This document shows positions 33,821-44,512 of a DNA stretch of 64,000 nt, piece by piece; the first letter of the stretch is position 1; each line of letters begins with the position of its first letter. The notes under the pieces are model-generated. The model was not told the DNA's origin, did no database searches, and saw only the letters and a program-made list of their open reading frames with translations. The stretch lies in the NCBI GenBank assembly GCA_963827655.1, contig CAWHCF010000026.1, forward strand, positions 274,708-338,707, in the 5' to 3' direction. The translations under genes and the position numbers were made by a program. Source of the DNA: an uncultured Acidobacteriota bacterium. GTDB taxonomy: Bacteria > Acidobacteriota > UBA6911.

Positions 33821-35348
33821 GAAAGAAGGCTCCTCAAAGCTGCTGGTGCGGCAATTCCGCGCTCTCGCCATTTTCGCCAGGCTACTTGAAATGTGATGCC
33901 TGCGAGACGCTGGTCCTGGCTGACATGCCCGAACATGAAATCGCCAGGGTAGCGCGGGACGAAGACGGCCTGTACGGAAAGTGAATACTGGTTCTCCCAC
34001 CAGGAGGAGAATTTGGGAATCACGAATATAGAGCTCCGCGCGCGGACGGATCTACCTGAACGCTGTCTTCACTGGCTCAAGACGCTCCTGAGGTACAGGC
34101 AACCTCCCGCTTCCGTGCTGGAATTAGGGTGCGCGCACGGAGGTTTCGTCGCGCTCGCGCGAGCGGCGGGTTTTGACGCCACCGGCCTCGAACTGAGCCC
34201 CTCGATTGCGAATCTGGCGCGGCGCTTTTTCGACATTCCCGTTCTCGTGGGTCCGGTAGAGGATCAAAGGATTCAACCCGCCTCCCTGGATGTGCTGGCA
34301 AACTTCGACGTATTGGAACATCTCCAGGATCCGGTTGGAACGCTGCGTCACTGCCTCGCGCTGCTGAAGCCGGATGGACTTCTACTGATCCAGACCCCCC
34401 GTTACCGCGAGGGCAATACTTATGACTCGATGGTTGCAGCCAAGGATCCCTTCCTTAGTCTCTTGAGACCTGACGAGCATCTCTACCTTTTCAGCGAGAG
34501 CTCGATTCGCAGCTTCTTTCGCCGGCTGGGCGCCGATTTTCTTGAGTTCGAACCTCCGATCTTTTCCCACTATGACATGTTCCTCCTGGTCAGCCGCCAA
34601 CCTCTGATCCGTCACGACCGCACGCCTGCTCCATTGGACAGCGGAGTCTCGGGTCGCCTGCTTCAGGCGATGTTAGATCTGGATGCCTCGATCCAGGATC
34701 TCGTGAAAAAATACGGAGAAATGGATGCAGACCGCGCCGCGCGGCTTGAGGTGATTCACCAGCAGGGGGCGCGGGTAGGCGAGCTGGAAGCGGAACGAAA
34801 CAACCTCAAAGCCCAGCTCGACAGCTTGAGTCAGAGCTTTGCCTTCGCCGAAGCGGATCGCGCCGCGCGGCTCGAGGTAATTCACGCAGCAGGGGGCGCG
34901 GGTAGGCGAGCTGGAAGCGGAACGAAACAACCTCAAGGCCCAGCTCGACAGCTTGAGTCAGAGCTTTGCCTTCGCCGAAGCGGATCGCGCGGCGCGGCTC
35001 GAGGTAATTCACGACCAGGGGCGCAGGTTCGCTGAACTGCAGACTCAATATGAGGATCTTCGCGGCAAACTTGCTGAACAGCAATCCCTCGATCAAGATG
35101 TAAATCAGGAAACTCGGCGAAAGCGAGGAACAAAGATCTGCGCTGGCATTGGTTGCCGCGGCGCGGGCGGAGCAGATCCAAAGAATCTTGGCGCAGCTCA
35201 GAACTCTCCAGGACGCTGCTTCAGCTGAATCCGACATTCGAGAGCCTATCGTCTCATAAGACGTCTCGGCCGCTGGCGTTGGGTGGACGAAATCGTCAGC
35301 AAGTCGTTCAATGGGGTCAGTCCGCCTGACGAAAACAAAACGTCTTGA
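33805..35348 (+). CDS. Methyltransferase with N-terminal Cys cluster and C-terminal coiled coil (WbdD-like); several frameshifts
   Basis: ATG 33805 gives CWCG...CDAC; a shift at ~33982 leads into LELGCAHG and FDVLEH; 42-aa coiled-coil repeats follow, with further shifts at ~34885, ~35110 and ~35230. Confidence 0.7.
34730..35025 (+). repeat. 126-bp coding tandem repeat (~2.3 copies)
   Basis: Units start at 34730, 34856 and 34983, encoding DRAARLEVIHQQGARVGELEAERNNLKAQLDSLSQSFAFAEA. Confidence 0.92.
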
Positions 35349-37850
35349 CAAGGTTCACACAAACGAAGTTGAACTTTCTTATCCTGAACAAGGATCTTCC
35401 CGTTTTTCCCGGACGTGCCGGTCACGAGTACCTTCACACGACGCATTTGACCAGAGTGGCTCGAAAAGTTGGACTCGTCTCTCTGGTACATGAGCGCGAG
35501 CAGGAGCAGAAGAAGAGTAGCCTGATCGATTGCGGTGTCAGGCTTTACCTCTGGCGCAACCCTGATCTGGATGCGCCGGTTCCGTCCGGCCCAAGGCGTT
35601 CGTCCCTGCTGCGGCGGTTTGGCAGAGCGGTTTATGACAACATCCGCTCGCTCCCGGATCGACCCCTGGATACGATTCCGGAAGATCGCCAGTTTCGCAA
35701 TCTGTCAAATCCCATTCAAACTGCTTTGAGCGAGGAGATCTGGCAGGCGCTTCTGGTTGTCCAGAGCAGTCTGGCGCACTGGATCGATTATCTGCCTCGA
35801 ATGCCTGTCAGCGTCCTGGTGCTCCATGACGTGAGAGCCCTGGTTTACCGGCGCCGTTCACGTCTCGCTGGATCCGTCAAAGAGTGGCTCAGCTGCATGC
35901 GCGAGTATTACAGCTACTCCCGGTTTGAAGCCCGCTATTGCCGGGCTTTCGACCTGGTCATCACCGTTTCGTCATCGGATGAAGCATGGGTTGCCCGGAA
36001 GTACCGGCCACGAAAGCTGCTTACGATTCCAGTCCCGATAGATGTCGCGTATTTTGTCCCCGCTGCGTGGAATCGTCGAGTGCGAATTCCGGATCGTCTT
36101 CACCGGCCTGATGAACCACCCACCCAATACCGACGCAGCCGTCTTTTTCGCGCGCGAAGTCTTGCCGAGAATCCAGAGACAGATCCCGCAGGCTGAATTC
36201 TGGATAGTCGGACGCAATCCTTCGGAAGAAGTCCGCAGACTGGTCGGGTCGCCGGGAGTCGTGGTAACCGGGTTCGTCGAAGACATCCGTCCCTATATTG
36301 CCGAGGCAGCCGTCGTCGTGGTTCCCCTTCGCTTCGGATCGGGGATGCGCAACAAGATTCTGGAAGGTTGGGCAATGGAGAAGTGCATCGTCTCGACCAG
36401 GGTAGGCGCGGAAGGTCTCGATTATCAGGACGGACTCAATATCCTGATTGCCGATGATGCGGAGACGCTCGCCCATCGGACTGTCCAGGCGCTGAAAGAC
36501 CCGGCTCTCAGGTCGAGGCTCAAGCATCACAGCCGGCAGTGGGTGGCGACGAATCACGATGCGTCCCGGAATGCGCGTAGCTACTGCGCCGCCGTACAAG
36601 AGGTCGTGCGCGAAAAGCGGCAACGAAGCCTTCCTGTCAGAACTCTGATTGACTTGCGCTGGATGAAACCTGGAATTGCCGGAGGGATCGAAACACTATC
36701 GCGGTCTTTCCTCCAGCACCTGATGAAAATCGACGGTTTCAACCATTATCGGGTTTTGCTGCCCTCTCAGGCGAGGTACGATTTTACTTCGGCCGTCCAA
36801 CGGAATTTCAGAATGATCAGCGCGGATGGTCCCCTTCAAGACTGGCGTCGAGCAACCTGGAGGGCGGGCCAGTATCTTCACAGACGTCTCAAGATCGACT
36901 ACTGGCGCTCCCCAGACGTGGAACGGCTCCGTACCGCTCGGGGTTATGATTGCGAAGTGGCGCTCTCGATGAGCGGTTACATTCAACCCGATCTGTATCC
37001 GCTGGAAAATGTTTTGATCGTACCCGATATTCAGCACGAGTTCTGTCCCGAGTTTTTCACGGCGGCGAGCCTGGCAGAACGGCGACGGGTGTATGGCGAT
37101 GCGATTCGACGAGCCCGGCATATTTGCGCGATTTCCGAGTTCACGCGGCAGACGCTGCTCGAGAGGATGAACGTGCCGGCCGACCGGGTCACCACGACGC
37201 CCCTGGCGGCCGATCCCATTTTTCATCCCGGCAGCAAGTTCCGCGGGAGGTCCAGGGAAGTGCTGGCCAAGTACGGTTTGACGGCGGGTAGCTTTCTCTT
37301 TTTTCCGGGCAACACCTGGCCCCACAAGAATCATCGCACCGCTTTCGCGGCCCTGCGAGTGCTGCGCGACGAATACAAGCTCGATCCATTGCTTGTTTGC
37401 ACTGGAAGCGCCAAAGAAGCCCAGTCGGAGCTCCTGAAGCTGGTTCAGGATCTCGACCTTTCGGGCCAGGTTCGTTTTCTGGGTTATTGCCCGGTCGAGG
37501 ACATGCCTGGTCTGTACGAGGGCGCTGCCGCGCTGGTCTTTCCTTCCCTTTTCGAAGGGTTCGGGATCCCCCTCACCGAGGCCATGTGGTGTGACTGTCC
37601 GATCGTAAGCAGCAACGCGACCAGCCTCCCGGAAATAGCAGGGAACGCCGCTCTTCTGGTGGATCCGCGATCTCCGGGGGACCTTGCTCACGCTTTGAGT
37701 CAAGTCCTGACCGACGGGAACCTGCGCCGGGGCCTGATCGAAAACGGGAGGCTTCAGGTCAAGCAGTTTTCCTGGCACAGGTTTACCCTTGAGATTGTTC
37801 GCACTCTTTACCGGGTTCGTGAACAACGTTACTCCCTGGAGATTTCTTGA
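35345..37850 (+). CDS. Two-domain GT4-GT4 glycosyltransferase; frameshift near 36065
   Basis: PLRFGSG.R.KILE in domain 1; FEGFGIPL.EAM in domain 2. Colinear with the intact paralog 51020..53569. Confidence 0.85.
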
Positions 37851-37851
37851 C

Positions 37852-39198
37852 GTGGAGAAGCGGCCGCGAATCTCGATCATTACGCCATCTTTCAATCAGG
37901 GGAAGTACATAGCCGAGACCATCGAGTCGGTCTTCAACCAGCAGTATCCTGATCTCGAGCACATCGTAATCGACGGCGGATCGAAAGATGACACTCTCGA
38001 CATTCTCAGGAGATACCCGCATCTAACCGTGATCTCGGAGCCTGACCGCGGTCAGGCGGACGCGATCAATAAGGGATTTCGCCGCGCGACCGGGCAAATC
38101 TGGGGGTTCTTGAACTCCGACGACACCCTGTTGCCGAATTCGCTGGAGCGCGTGGCCCGTGAAATCGATCCGGTCAGAGGGCGCCACATTGTCATGGGGC
38201 GCTGCAGATTCGTCGACGAAACGGGTTGTTTCACCGGGATTGAACACCCGAGCAGGTTTGACGGCCACCGTAGAGTCCTCGAAATCTGGAAGGGGCACAC
38301 GATTCCCCAGCCTGCCGTCTTCTGGACGCCTGAAGTCTGGCGCGCCTGCGGGCCACTCGAGGAGGGTCTGAAATCTTCGTGGCTGGACTACGACCTGTTT
38401 TGCCGCTTTTCCAGGAAATACGACTTTTACTTCGTCGACCAGGTCCTGGCCACTTATCGGCTTCAGCCCGAATCCAAGACGGTCAGTCGCACCGAGGCCG
38501 AACGCCTGGCGGAGTGTATTCAGATCAGCCGGCGTTACTGGGGGTCGCGGTTTTCGCCGTTCTACTGGCGAATGGCACTTTCACTTCGGCGGCACCGGCT
38601 CACGCGCGACCGCATAGAGCGCGCCCGTAGCCTGTACCGGCGCTTCCAGGAGACGAGGCGGCACCAGAAACCGCTTGCAGCCTTGCCCTACGCTTTGGCT
38701 GCGGGCGTCCTTGCGCCGGAGGTCGCCTTTTACTACGGCGTCTATCCGGCGCTGCGCGACCGGGCAACCGGCGTGGCCAAAACAGTTCTGGAGCGTATCG
38801 GAGAGAAAAGACGTCTGGATCCGCAGACGGAGGTTTACCTGAACCACACCACCCTGTGGTCTGACGGCTGGGGCGGTCCCCGTCTGGTGTTTTCCCGAAC
38901 TGCTGGACCGGATGCTCGGATCCTGCGGGTTCGGGGCACGACCAACCTGAAGTATTTACGGAAGCCATTTTCCCTGAGCGTCCGGATCGACAACCAGGAA
39001 CCGAGTGGCCAACAGGTAGTTCAAAAGGGCGATTTCGCCCTCGAATTTGCGTTACCTCAGGCTGTTCCCGGTGGCGAGCACGAAATTGAGATCACGGCGA
39101 GCAGCTGGTTCGTTCCGCATCATTATTCACATAATCAGGATTACCGTCCGCTCTCCTGGCGTTTCGTGAGCGTTGAATTCGACACTGCTCCGCGCTAA
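37852..39198 (+). CDS. Glycosyltransferase family 2 with C-terminal beta-sandwich
   Basis: TPSFNQG, DGGSKD, LNSDD, DYDLF; ends ..DYRPLS. Confidence 0.88.
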   Translation: MEKRPRISIITPSFNQGKYIAETIESVFNQQYPDLEHIVIDGGSKDDTLDILRRYPHLTVISEPDRGQADAINKGFRRATGQIWGFLNSDDTLLPNSLERVAREIDPVRGRHIVMGRCRFVDETGCFTGIEHPSRFDGHRRVLEIWKGHTIPQPAVFWTPEVWRACGPLEEGLKSSWLDYDLFCRFSRKYDFYFVDQVLATYRLQPESKTVSRTEAERLAECIQISRRYWGSRFSPFYWRMALSLRRHRLTRDRIERARSLYRRFQETRRHQKPLAALPYALAAGVLAPEVAFYYGVYPALRDRATGVAKTVLERIGEKRRLDPQTEVYLNHTTLWSDGWGGPRLVFSRTAGPDARILRVRGTTNLKYLRKPFSLSVRIDNQEPSGQQVVQKGDFALEFALPQAVPGGEHEIEITASSWFVPHHYSHNQDYRPLSWRFVSVEFDTAPR

Positions 39199-39553
39199 CC
39201 ATAGCTATGCGAAGTGGGGGCCAACTTCGATGTGGCGCTACCGGCCACTCTGGTCAGTCTGTTCTCAGTTTCCGGTAAGCCGACTACACGGACAAGTGGC
39301 TTTTATTGGGGCCGTGGCTCACCAGCACCACTGGATCAGCGATGTGCTTTCTTCGTCAGACCGGAATTTTGCAGCGCCCAGAGCTAAGCTGCCGCGATGT
39401 TGAAGAACGCGAAATCACTGCGAGCACCGCTTGCCCGAGTTAGAGCTCGGAGCAACGTGATGCCGTCTTAGCCTGTAATGCGCTCCAGCATCGAGCTGGA
39501 CTGGAGCACCGATAACCTTTAGAATCTGCGACGATTAAGATTATTTGTCTGGG

Positions 39554-39775
39554 ATGGATATGACTATCAGGGCAAAGTACGAAGATGGCGTTTTTAAACC
39601 CTTGGATGAGGTGAACCTTAAAGAGGGTACAGTTCTAGAGATCTATCTGCCGTCGGGCAGGCAGAAGCGCATTCTTGCCGAGTCGCTTCCGATAACAGGC
39701 ATGTGGAAGGATCGCAAAGACATCAAAGACGGCGTGAGCTACGTGGATCGACTGCGAGAAAACCCACGGGCGTGA
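39554..39775 (+). CDS. AF2212/DUF104-like antitoxin
   Basis: TIRAKYEDGVFKPL..V.L.EG, GMWKDR. Confidence 0.75.
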   Translation: MDMTIRAKYEDGVFKPLDEVNLKEGTVLEIYLPSGRQKRILAESLPITGMWKDRKDIKDGVSYVDRLRENPRA

Positions 39776-39779
39776 ATGA

Positions 39780-39815
39780 ATGGCCCACTTGGTCGACACC
39801 GATGTCCTAACGATC
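39780..39815 (+). pseudogene. Remnant of a PIN/VapC toxin
   Basis: MAHLVDTDVL (PIN first strand) directly after the antitoxin, then truncated. Confidence 0.5.
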
Positions 39816-39864
39816 TGCGCACACACCGGGCGCAAAGACTCGTGCGGCCCGCCGTTTGCCGAAC

Positions 39865-40879
39865 TCAGGCCTTGGGCAGCACGAACTCGAGTTCGATCAT
39901 TTGCGTAAGTAATCGGGATAGTTGAGTTCGCGCCGACGCTCCGCGACGTGCCGGGTGTCGATGTAATACAGCGTGTGACCGCCGCCAGGCGCTTTGTACC
40001 GCGTGACACGCTCGGGAGCAATGCCGATAAGGTTGAGAAAATCCAGCAGCAGACCGTCGCTGAAATAGAAGCTGTGAAAGAGTAGCCGCGCCGGATCGCG
40101 CTCCCAACCGCTGGTTAACTCGAGCGAGTGGCCGGGCATATCGCGCACGCCGGTATCGAGGATGAGCGTCTCGTTGGCGAGGTGGACCAGGCGGCAGAGC
40201 CCATAGAACGGCATCAGAAAATGGTTGTGGACCTCGGAGAGGAACACCACGTCGCGGGGCTGCAGGGTCAAATCCATCAGGAAATCAGTGTTGAGGAACT
40301 CGACGTTCTTGTGACCGAGCACGCCTGCGGCCCACACGGCACTGGCGTATGGCTGCTCGACGACTTCCACGCCCGTGACCGACCCGGCGCCAGCCTCCGC
40401 GAAGCGGAAGCTGAAGAAGCCATTGCAGGTGCCAAGCTCGAGCACCGATTTGCCGCGCAGGTCGGGCAGCACGGGTTCGATGTAAAGCCATTTCGGAAAG
40501 GGCCGCATGATGGACGCTTCGTCGCTCGTGAGCCGGCCTTCGAGAGTGTTGAGGCCGCCTTCGTCGAAGCAAGCCCACTTGTGATTCGAGGTCGAGCTGA
40601 TGTGCTGCGCCGGGAACTCGATGCGCTGGAACCAGTAGCCCCAGAACGATTCAATCCCACGTGCCAGCTCGCTGTTGAGCGCGGCGAGCGTTTCGGGCGA
40701 ACTGTCCCGGGCGAGCGCCGCACGCACTTGCGCGACCATGGCCTTCGCGCTCTCGGCGGTGTAGAGCTCGCGTACTGGGCTGGCTGCGAACGGATCCGGG
40801 CCGCGCCGGATTCCTGTCTGAACACGGTGCCTTCCTGCAAGCGTTGGCTTTTTACCCAAGTCTCGCCTTTGTTCGTCAC
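39865..40879 (-). CDS. Class I SAM-dependent methyltransferase; probable frameshifts near 40790 and 39900
   Basis: LRGKSVLELGTCNG, GVEV. Ends rebuilt from ORFs 40277..40879 and 39865..40107. Confidence 0.7.
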
Positions 40880-41476
40880 GCAATCTCCTTTTCGACCTCA
40901 ACGACCGCCCGAGCACGCTCTCGTGCAAAGACTGGCCGCCTACGGATCCTGCTCAATGCCTCAGGATACCTTTCATAATCGCGGGAAAGCGGAAGGGGAA
41001 AATGAAATCACGGTTTACAATAACCTCCCCCGCTTCGCTCGAACGTTCTCCACTGGCTGTTCCGGAGTTTAACGACGCGCGGATTCTACACCATTGAAGA
41101 GGCACAGTTTGTGAAATTTGCAGAAATATCCTGTTGGCCGTCCTGGGCGGAGCCCGAACGGCGCGTCGAGATTTCCACACGGCTGCGGCCCGGACTCAGG
41201 CGTTGATTTTCGAAAAGTGGCGAAGCAAGCTTCGGGAAACAAGGCGGTAGCAAGTGACCGCACTCATCCACACATTACGGAACGATGTTTCGTGCTATTG
41301 CCTTGACCTGTAGCGCGGGGAGGCGTATGAACTTCAATTCAGAACTCCTTTATTATTGCGATGGCGATTGCGATGGCGCTCGTCGCGCCGCTGGTGGAAC
41401 TGGAATAAGAGCGCGTTACGGAGCAGCTCCGTTCCGCGCCCCTGCGCTGCCGCAGGTTCACATTCGAGGGGAGCCA

Positions 41477-44458
41477 ATGAACAGAAAAAACGGTGTGGGT
41501 CAGTCTATCCTGCTCAGTATCCTGCTCTTGATATTCGCGGCGAACGGCCAGGCACAGGTCACGACAGCGACGATCGAGGGCCTTGTCGTGGATCCGACCG
41601 GCGCCGCTATCCCGGGCGCCGCCGTCAGTGTAGCCAACCAGGGGACCGTCCTGAAGAAGAGTGCGATTGCGAACGAGCGCGGCGAGTTCACCGTCACGTT
41701 CCTGCCGCCTGGAATCTACACGATCACTATCGAGGTGTCCGGTTTCAAGGCGCACCGTCAGACCGACCTCGAGTTGGTCGCCGGACAGAAACTTCGACAC
41801 GACTTCAAGCTCGAGATCGGCACGATCGGCGAGCAGGTGACGGTGAGCGCCGAGCCGCCTCTCGTCAATGCCATGAACGCGCAGCAGGACATCAACCGCA
41901 CCGAAACCGAGGTGAAAGAGCTGCCGCTCGCGCGGCGGGATCTCAGGAACATACTCAACCTCGGGACCGGGATCTCCGCCCAGACCGACGTGGGAGTCTC
42001 GATGAATGGACTGCCACCCCGCGGCTTCCTTTTCACCATCGACGGCATCAACGCCGCTGGTGACGCCGAGCTTCGCTCGCTCGGCCTGTATCAGGACTTC
42101 AACATCATCAAAGGCGTCAGCATCGAAGCGGTGGAGCAGGTGCAGGTCGCCAAGAGTATTTTTTCAGCGGACGTGGCCAACACAGTGGGTGGAAACGTCA
42201 ACCTCATCACCAAGAAGGGGACGAATCAGCTTCATGGGAGCGTGTTCGAGAACTACCAGGCCGGCGGCCTGAATGCCCGCAACCAGTTTGCAACCACGCC
42301 AGAGTCTCTGGTCTTCCATCAGTTCGGCGGATCGGTCGGCGGCCCGATTCGCAAAGACTCGATGTTCTTTTTCGGCGCCTTTGAAGGATATCGGCTCACG
42401 GCCCAGCGGGCGCTCACAGGCTTCGTGCCGACCCAGGAATATCGAGACCTGGCCATTAAAGGAACTCCAGAGATGAAGGAGGCGCTGGATTTCATTCCCC
42501 TCCCGACCGATCCTTATCCTCCGGGATCGGATACCGGGTTCTACCGTGGCCGCGGCGCGGCAAAAGAGACCGAGAACCACGCTGTGGTCCGGTGGGATTG
42601 GAACGTCACTCCGGTAAACCTCCTGACCGCTCGTTACAAGCGCGGTCGACCCTACACGCTCTCGCCCCGCGTAGTAACCGCAAATGAGCAGACGCAGGTC
42701 GGAGTGGACGAGAGTATAGTCACCAGCTTCCTGCACGTCGCACCCGGCTGGAGCTCCGAAACGAGGGGTGGTTATAACCGGGACGATATGGATCGCATCG
42801 ACGGCTTGTACAACTACGGCATTACGACGATCGCGGCGCCCAACGTCGCCTTCGGTGACGGCCGCGTGTTCATCAAATCGGGTTCCACTTCGACGATCGA
42901 CCAGAACTTCGCTCTCACACGAGGTCGTCACGCGCTCAAGGTCGGCGGCACATATCAACTGTTGTATGTGCGCCGGCAGGACCAGGCCATCCCTACCTTC
43001 ACGTATCAGACACGGGCCGATTTCATCGGCGGGATACCCCTGTCGGCATCGTACCGGTTCGGGCTGGACCCCTGGCAGATGACCTCCTGGCAACTCGGTG
43101 CCTTTATTCAGGACGACATCAAAATCAATCGCAGGCTGGTTTTGAACCTGGGCTTCCGTTACGACTACTACTCCGTTCCGCGGGAGCGAGACAACCGCAT
43201 ATTCAACCACGACGGCCCAGGCGGCCCGTTCCGGCCCCCGGACTCAGCCTGGAACGCCCAGTACAAGAATTTCTCCCCTCGGATAGGCCTCGCGTTGAGG
43301 CTGGACGAGGAGGGAAAAACCGTCCTCAGGAGCGGCTTCGGGATCTTCTTCAGCAGTCAGAACCTCTTCTCCGGGCCGGTGGAGACGGTCCGAAACGGGC
43401 CCGGCATTCCCACGAGCGTCACTTTCAGTCAGGCCGAACTGACGCGGTATGGCCTGAACTATCCGGATGGGGATGAGGAGGCACTCGCCTTCTTGACGGC
43501 CTCGCCGATCAACACGGACCTGACTGTCGATCCGAACTGGAAGAACCCGTACAGCCAGCAGTGGACCCTCGGTATCCAGCGACAGTTGACCGGGACAATG
43601 GTCTTCGACGTGGCTTACGTCGGCAGCCACGCGCTGCGTCTGCCGTACAGCCCGAGCTGGAATCGCGTGGACCGCGTCACGGGCCTGCGCCCGATTCCCG
43701 GTTTCGGGGCATTTGACTACTATCAACCCGCGGATTCCAGCAACTACAACTCGTTGCAGACGTCGCTTCAGAAACGGTTCTCGCACAACTTCAATCTCAA
43801 CGTGAACTACACCTGGGCTAGCAACCTCGCCTACTTCCGCGGCGATATGCACTGTTGCGGCGCGGGGGAGCAACCTCAGGACCTGAACAACCTGCGGGCG
43901 AACCGGGGACCGACGACCTTCTTCGTCCAGCATGCATTCCGGAGCAACTGGATCTACGAGCTTCCGTTCGAGAGCTTGTCGAAGAGCAGGAGCCGGGTCT
44001 CCACCCTGGTGCTAGGCGGGTGGCAGGTGAGCGGGATCCTGATCGCCCAGACCGGCCAGTCTTTCGACGTTTCTCAAACCTCTGCCGTAACCGCCCGTCC
44101 GGATGTCGTGAGTCCGAACGTGTATACCAGCGATTGGAAAACGACCTTGCAGTACCTGAATCCCGCCGCATTCATGCGCGTGGCGGTCGATCCCGTCTCG
44201 AGGGCGACGGTTCGGCCCGGGAGCCTGGGACACCGCGCCCTGTTCCAGCCTGGCTACTGGACTACAGATCTCGCATTATCCAAACGGCTCCGGCTCAACG
44301 AGAGAGTCAATCTGCAGATTCGGGCCGACCTGTTCAACGCCTTCAACAAGACCTTCTTCGCCGGCGTCACGAGCGGCATCGACTCGACGTCCTTCGGACG
44401 GTTCACCAGCAGCCGCGGAGCGAGAGTCGTCCAGCTGAATACCCGGCTCCAGTTCTGA
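41477..44458 (+). CDS. TonB-dependent receptor with carboxypeptidase-regulatory-like N-domain (copy A)
   Basis: Signal peptide, G.V.DPTGA.IPGA.V, ITKKGTN.LHGS, LNLGFRYD, RADLFNAFN, terminal F. Confidence 0.92.
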   Translation: MNRKNGVGQSILLSILLLIFAANGQAQVTTATIEGLVVDPTGAAIPGAAVSVANQGTVLKKSAIANERGEFTVTFLPPGIYTITIEVSGFKAHRQTDLELVAGQKLRHDFKLEIGTIGEQVTVSAEPPLVNAMNAQQDINRTETEVKELPLARRDLRNILNLGTGISAQTDVGVSMNGLPPRGFLFTIDGINAAGDAELRSLGLYQDFNIIKGVSIEAVEQVQVAKSIFSADVANTVGGNVNLITKKGTNQLHGSVFENYQAGGLNARNQFATTPESLVFHQFGGSVGGPIRKDSMFFFGAFEGYRLTAQRALTGFVPTQEYRDLAIKGTPEMKEALDFIPLPTDPYPPGSDTGFYRGRGAAKETENHAVVRWDWNVTPVNLLTARYKRGRPYTLSPRVVTANEQTQVGVDESIVTSFLHVAPGWSSETRGGYNRDDMDRIDGLYNYGITTIAAPNVAFGDGRVFIKSGSTSTIDQNFALTRGRHALKVGGTYQLLYVRRQDQAIPTFTYQTRADFIGGIPLSASYRFGLDPWQMTSWQLGAFIQDDIKINRRLVLNLGFRYDYYSVPRERDNRIFNHDGPGGPFRPPDSAWNAQYKNFSPRIGLALRLDEEGKTVLRSGFGIFFSSQNLFSGPVETVRNGPGIPTSVTFSQAELTRYGLNYPDGDEEALAFLTASPINTDLTVDPNWKNPYSQQWTLGIQRQLTGTMVFDVAYVGSHALRLPYSPSWNRVDRVTGLRPIPGFGAFDYYQPADSSNYNSLQTSLQKRFSHNFNLNVNYTWASNLAYFRGDMHCCGAGEQPQDLNNLRANRGPTTFFVQHAFRSNWIYELPFESLSKSRSRVSTLVLGGWQVSGILIAQTGQSFDVSQTSAVTARPDVVSPNVYTSDWKTTLQYLNPAAFMRVAVDPVSRATVRPGSLGHRALFQPGYWTTDLALSKRLRLNERVNLQIRADLFNAFNKTFFAGVTSGIDSTSFGRFTSSRGARVVQLNTRLQF

Positions 44459-44512
44459 GCGTCGCGCTTTCGCTCCAAATGGCGCAATGGACTCCAGGAT
44501 GAGGGAAATGCC

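Noticed and set aside
33973-33990. Second selenocysteine codon (AAG TGA)
   Set aside because: The protein continues in a different frame, so this is an indel, not in-frame read-through.
34730-35025. CRISPR array
   Set aside because: Contiguous coding repeats without unique spacers; no cas genes.
39200-39540. Possible ncRNA after the GT2 gene
   Set aside because: Only short hairpins and no recognisable family features.
41285-41476. N-terminal extension of TonB receptor copy A
   Set aside because: Not in frame in copy B; ribosome-binding site and signal peptide fit ATG 41477.
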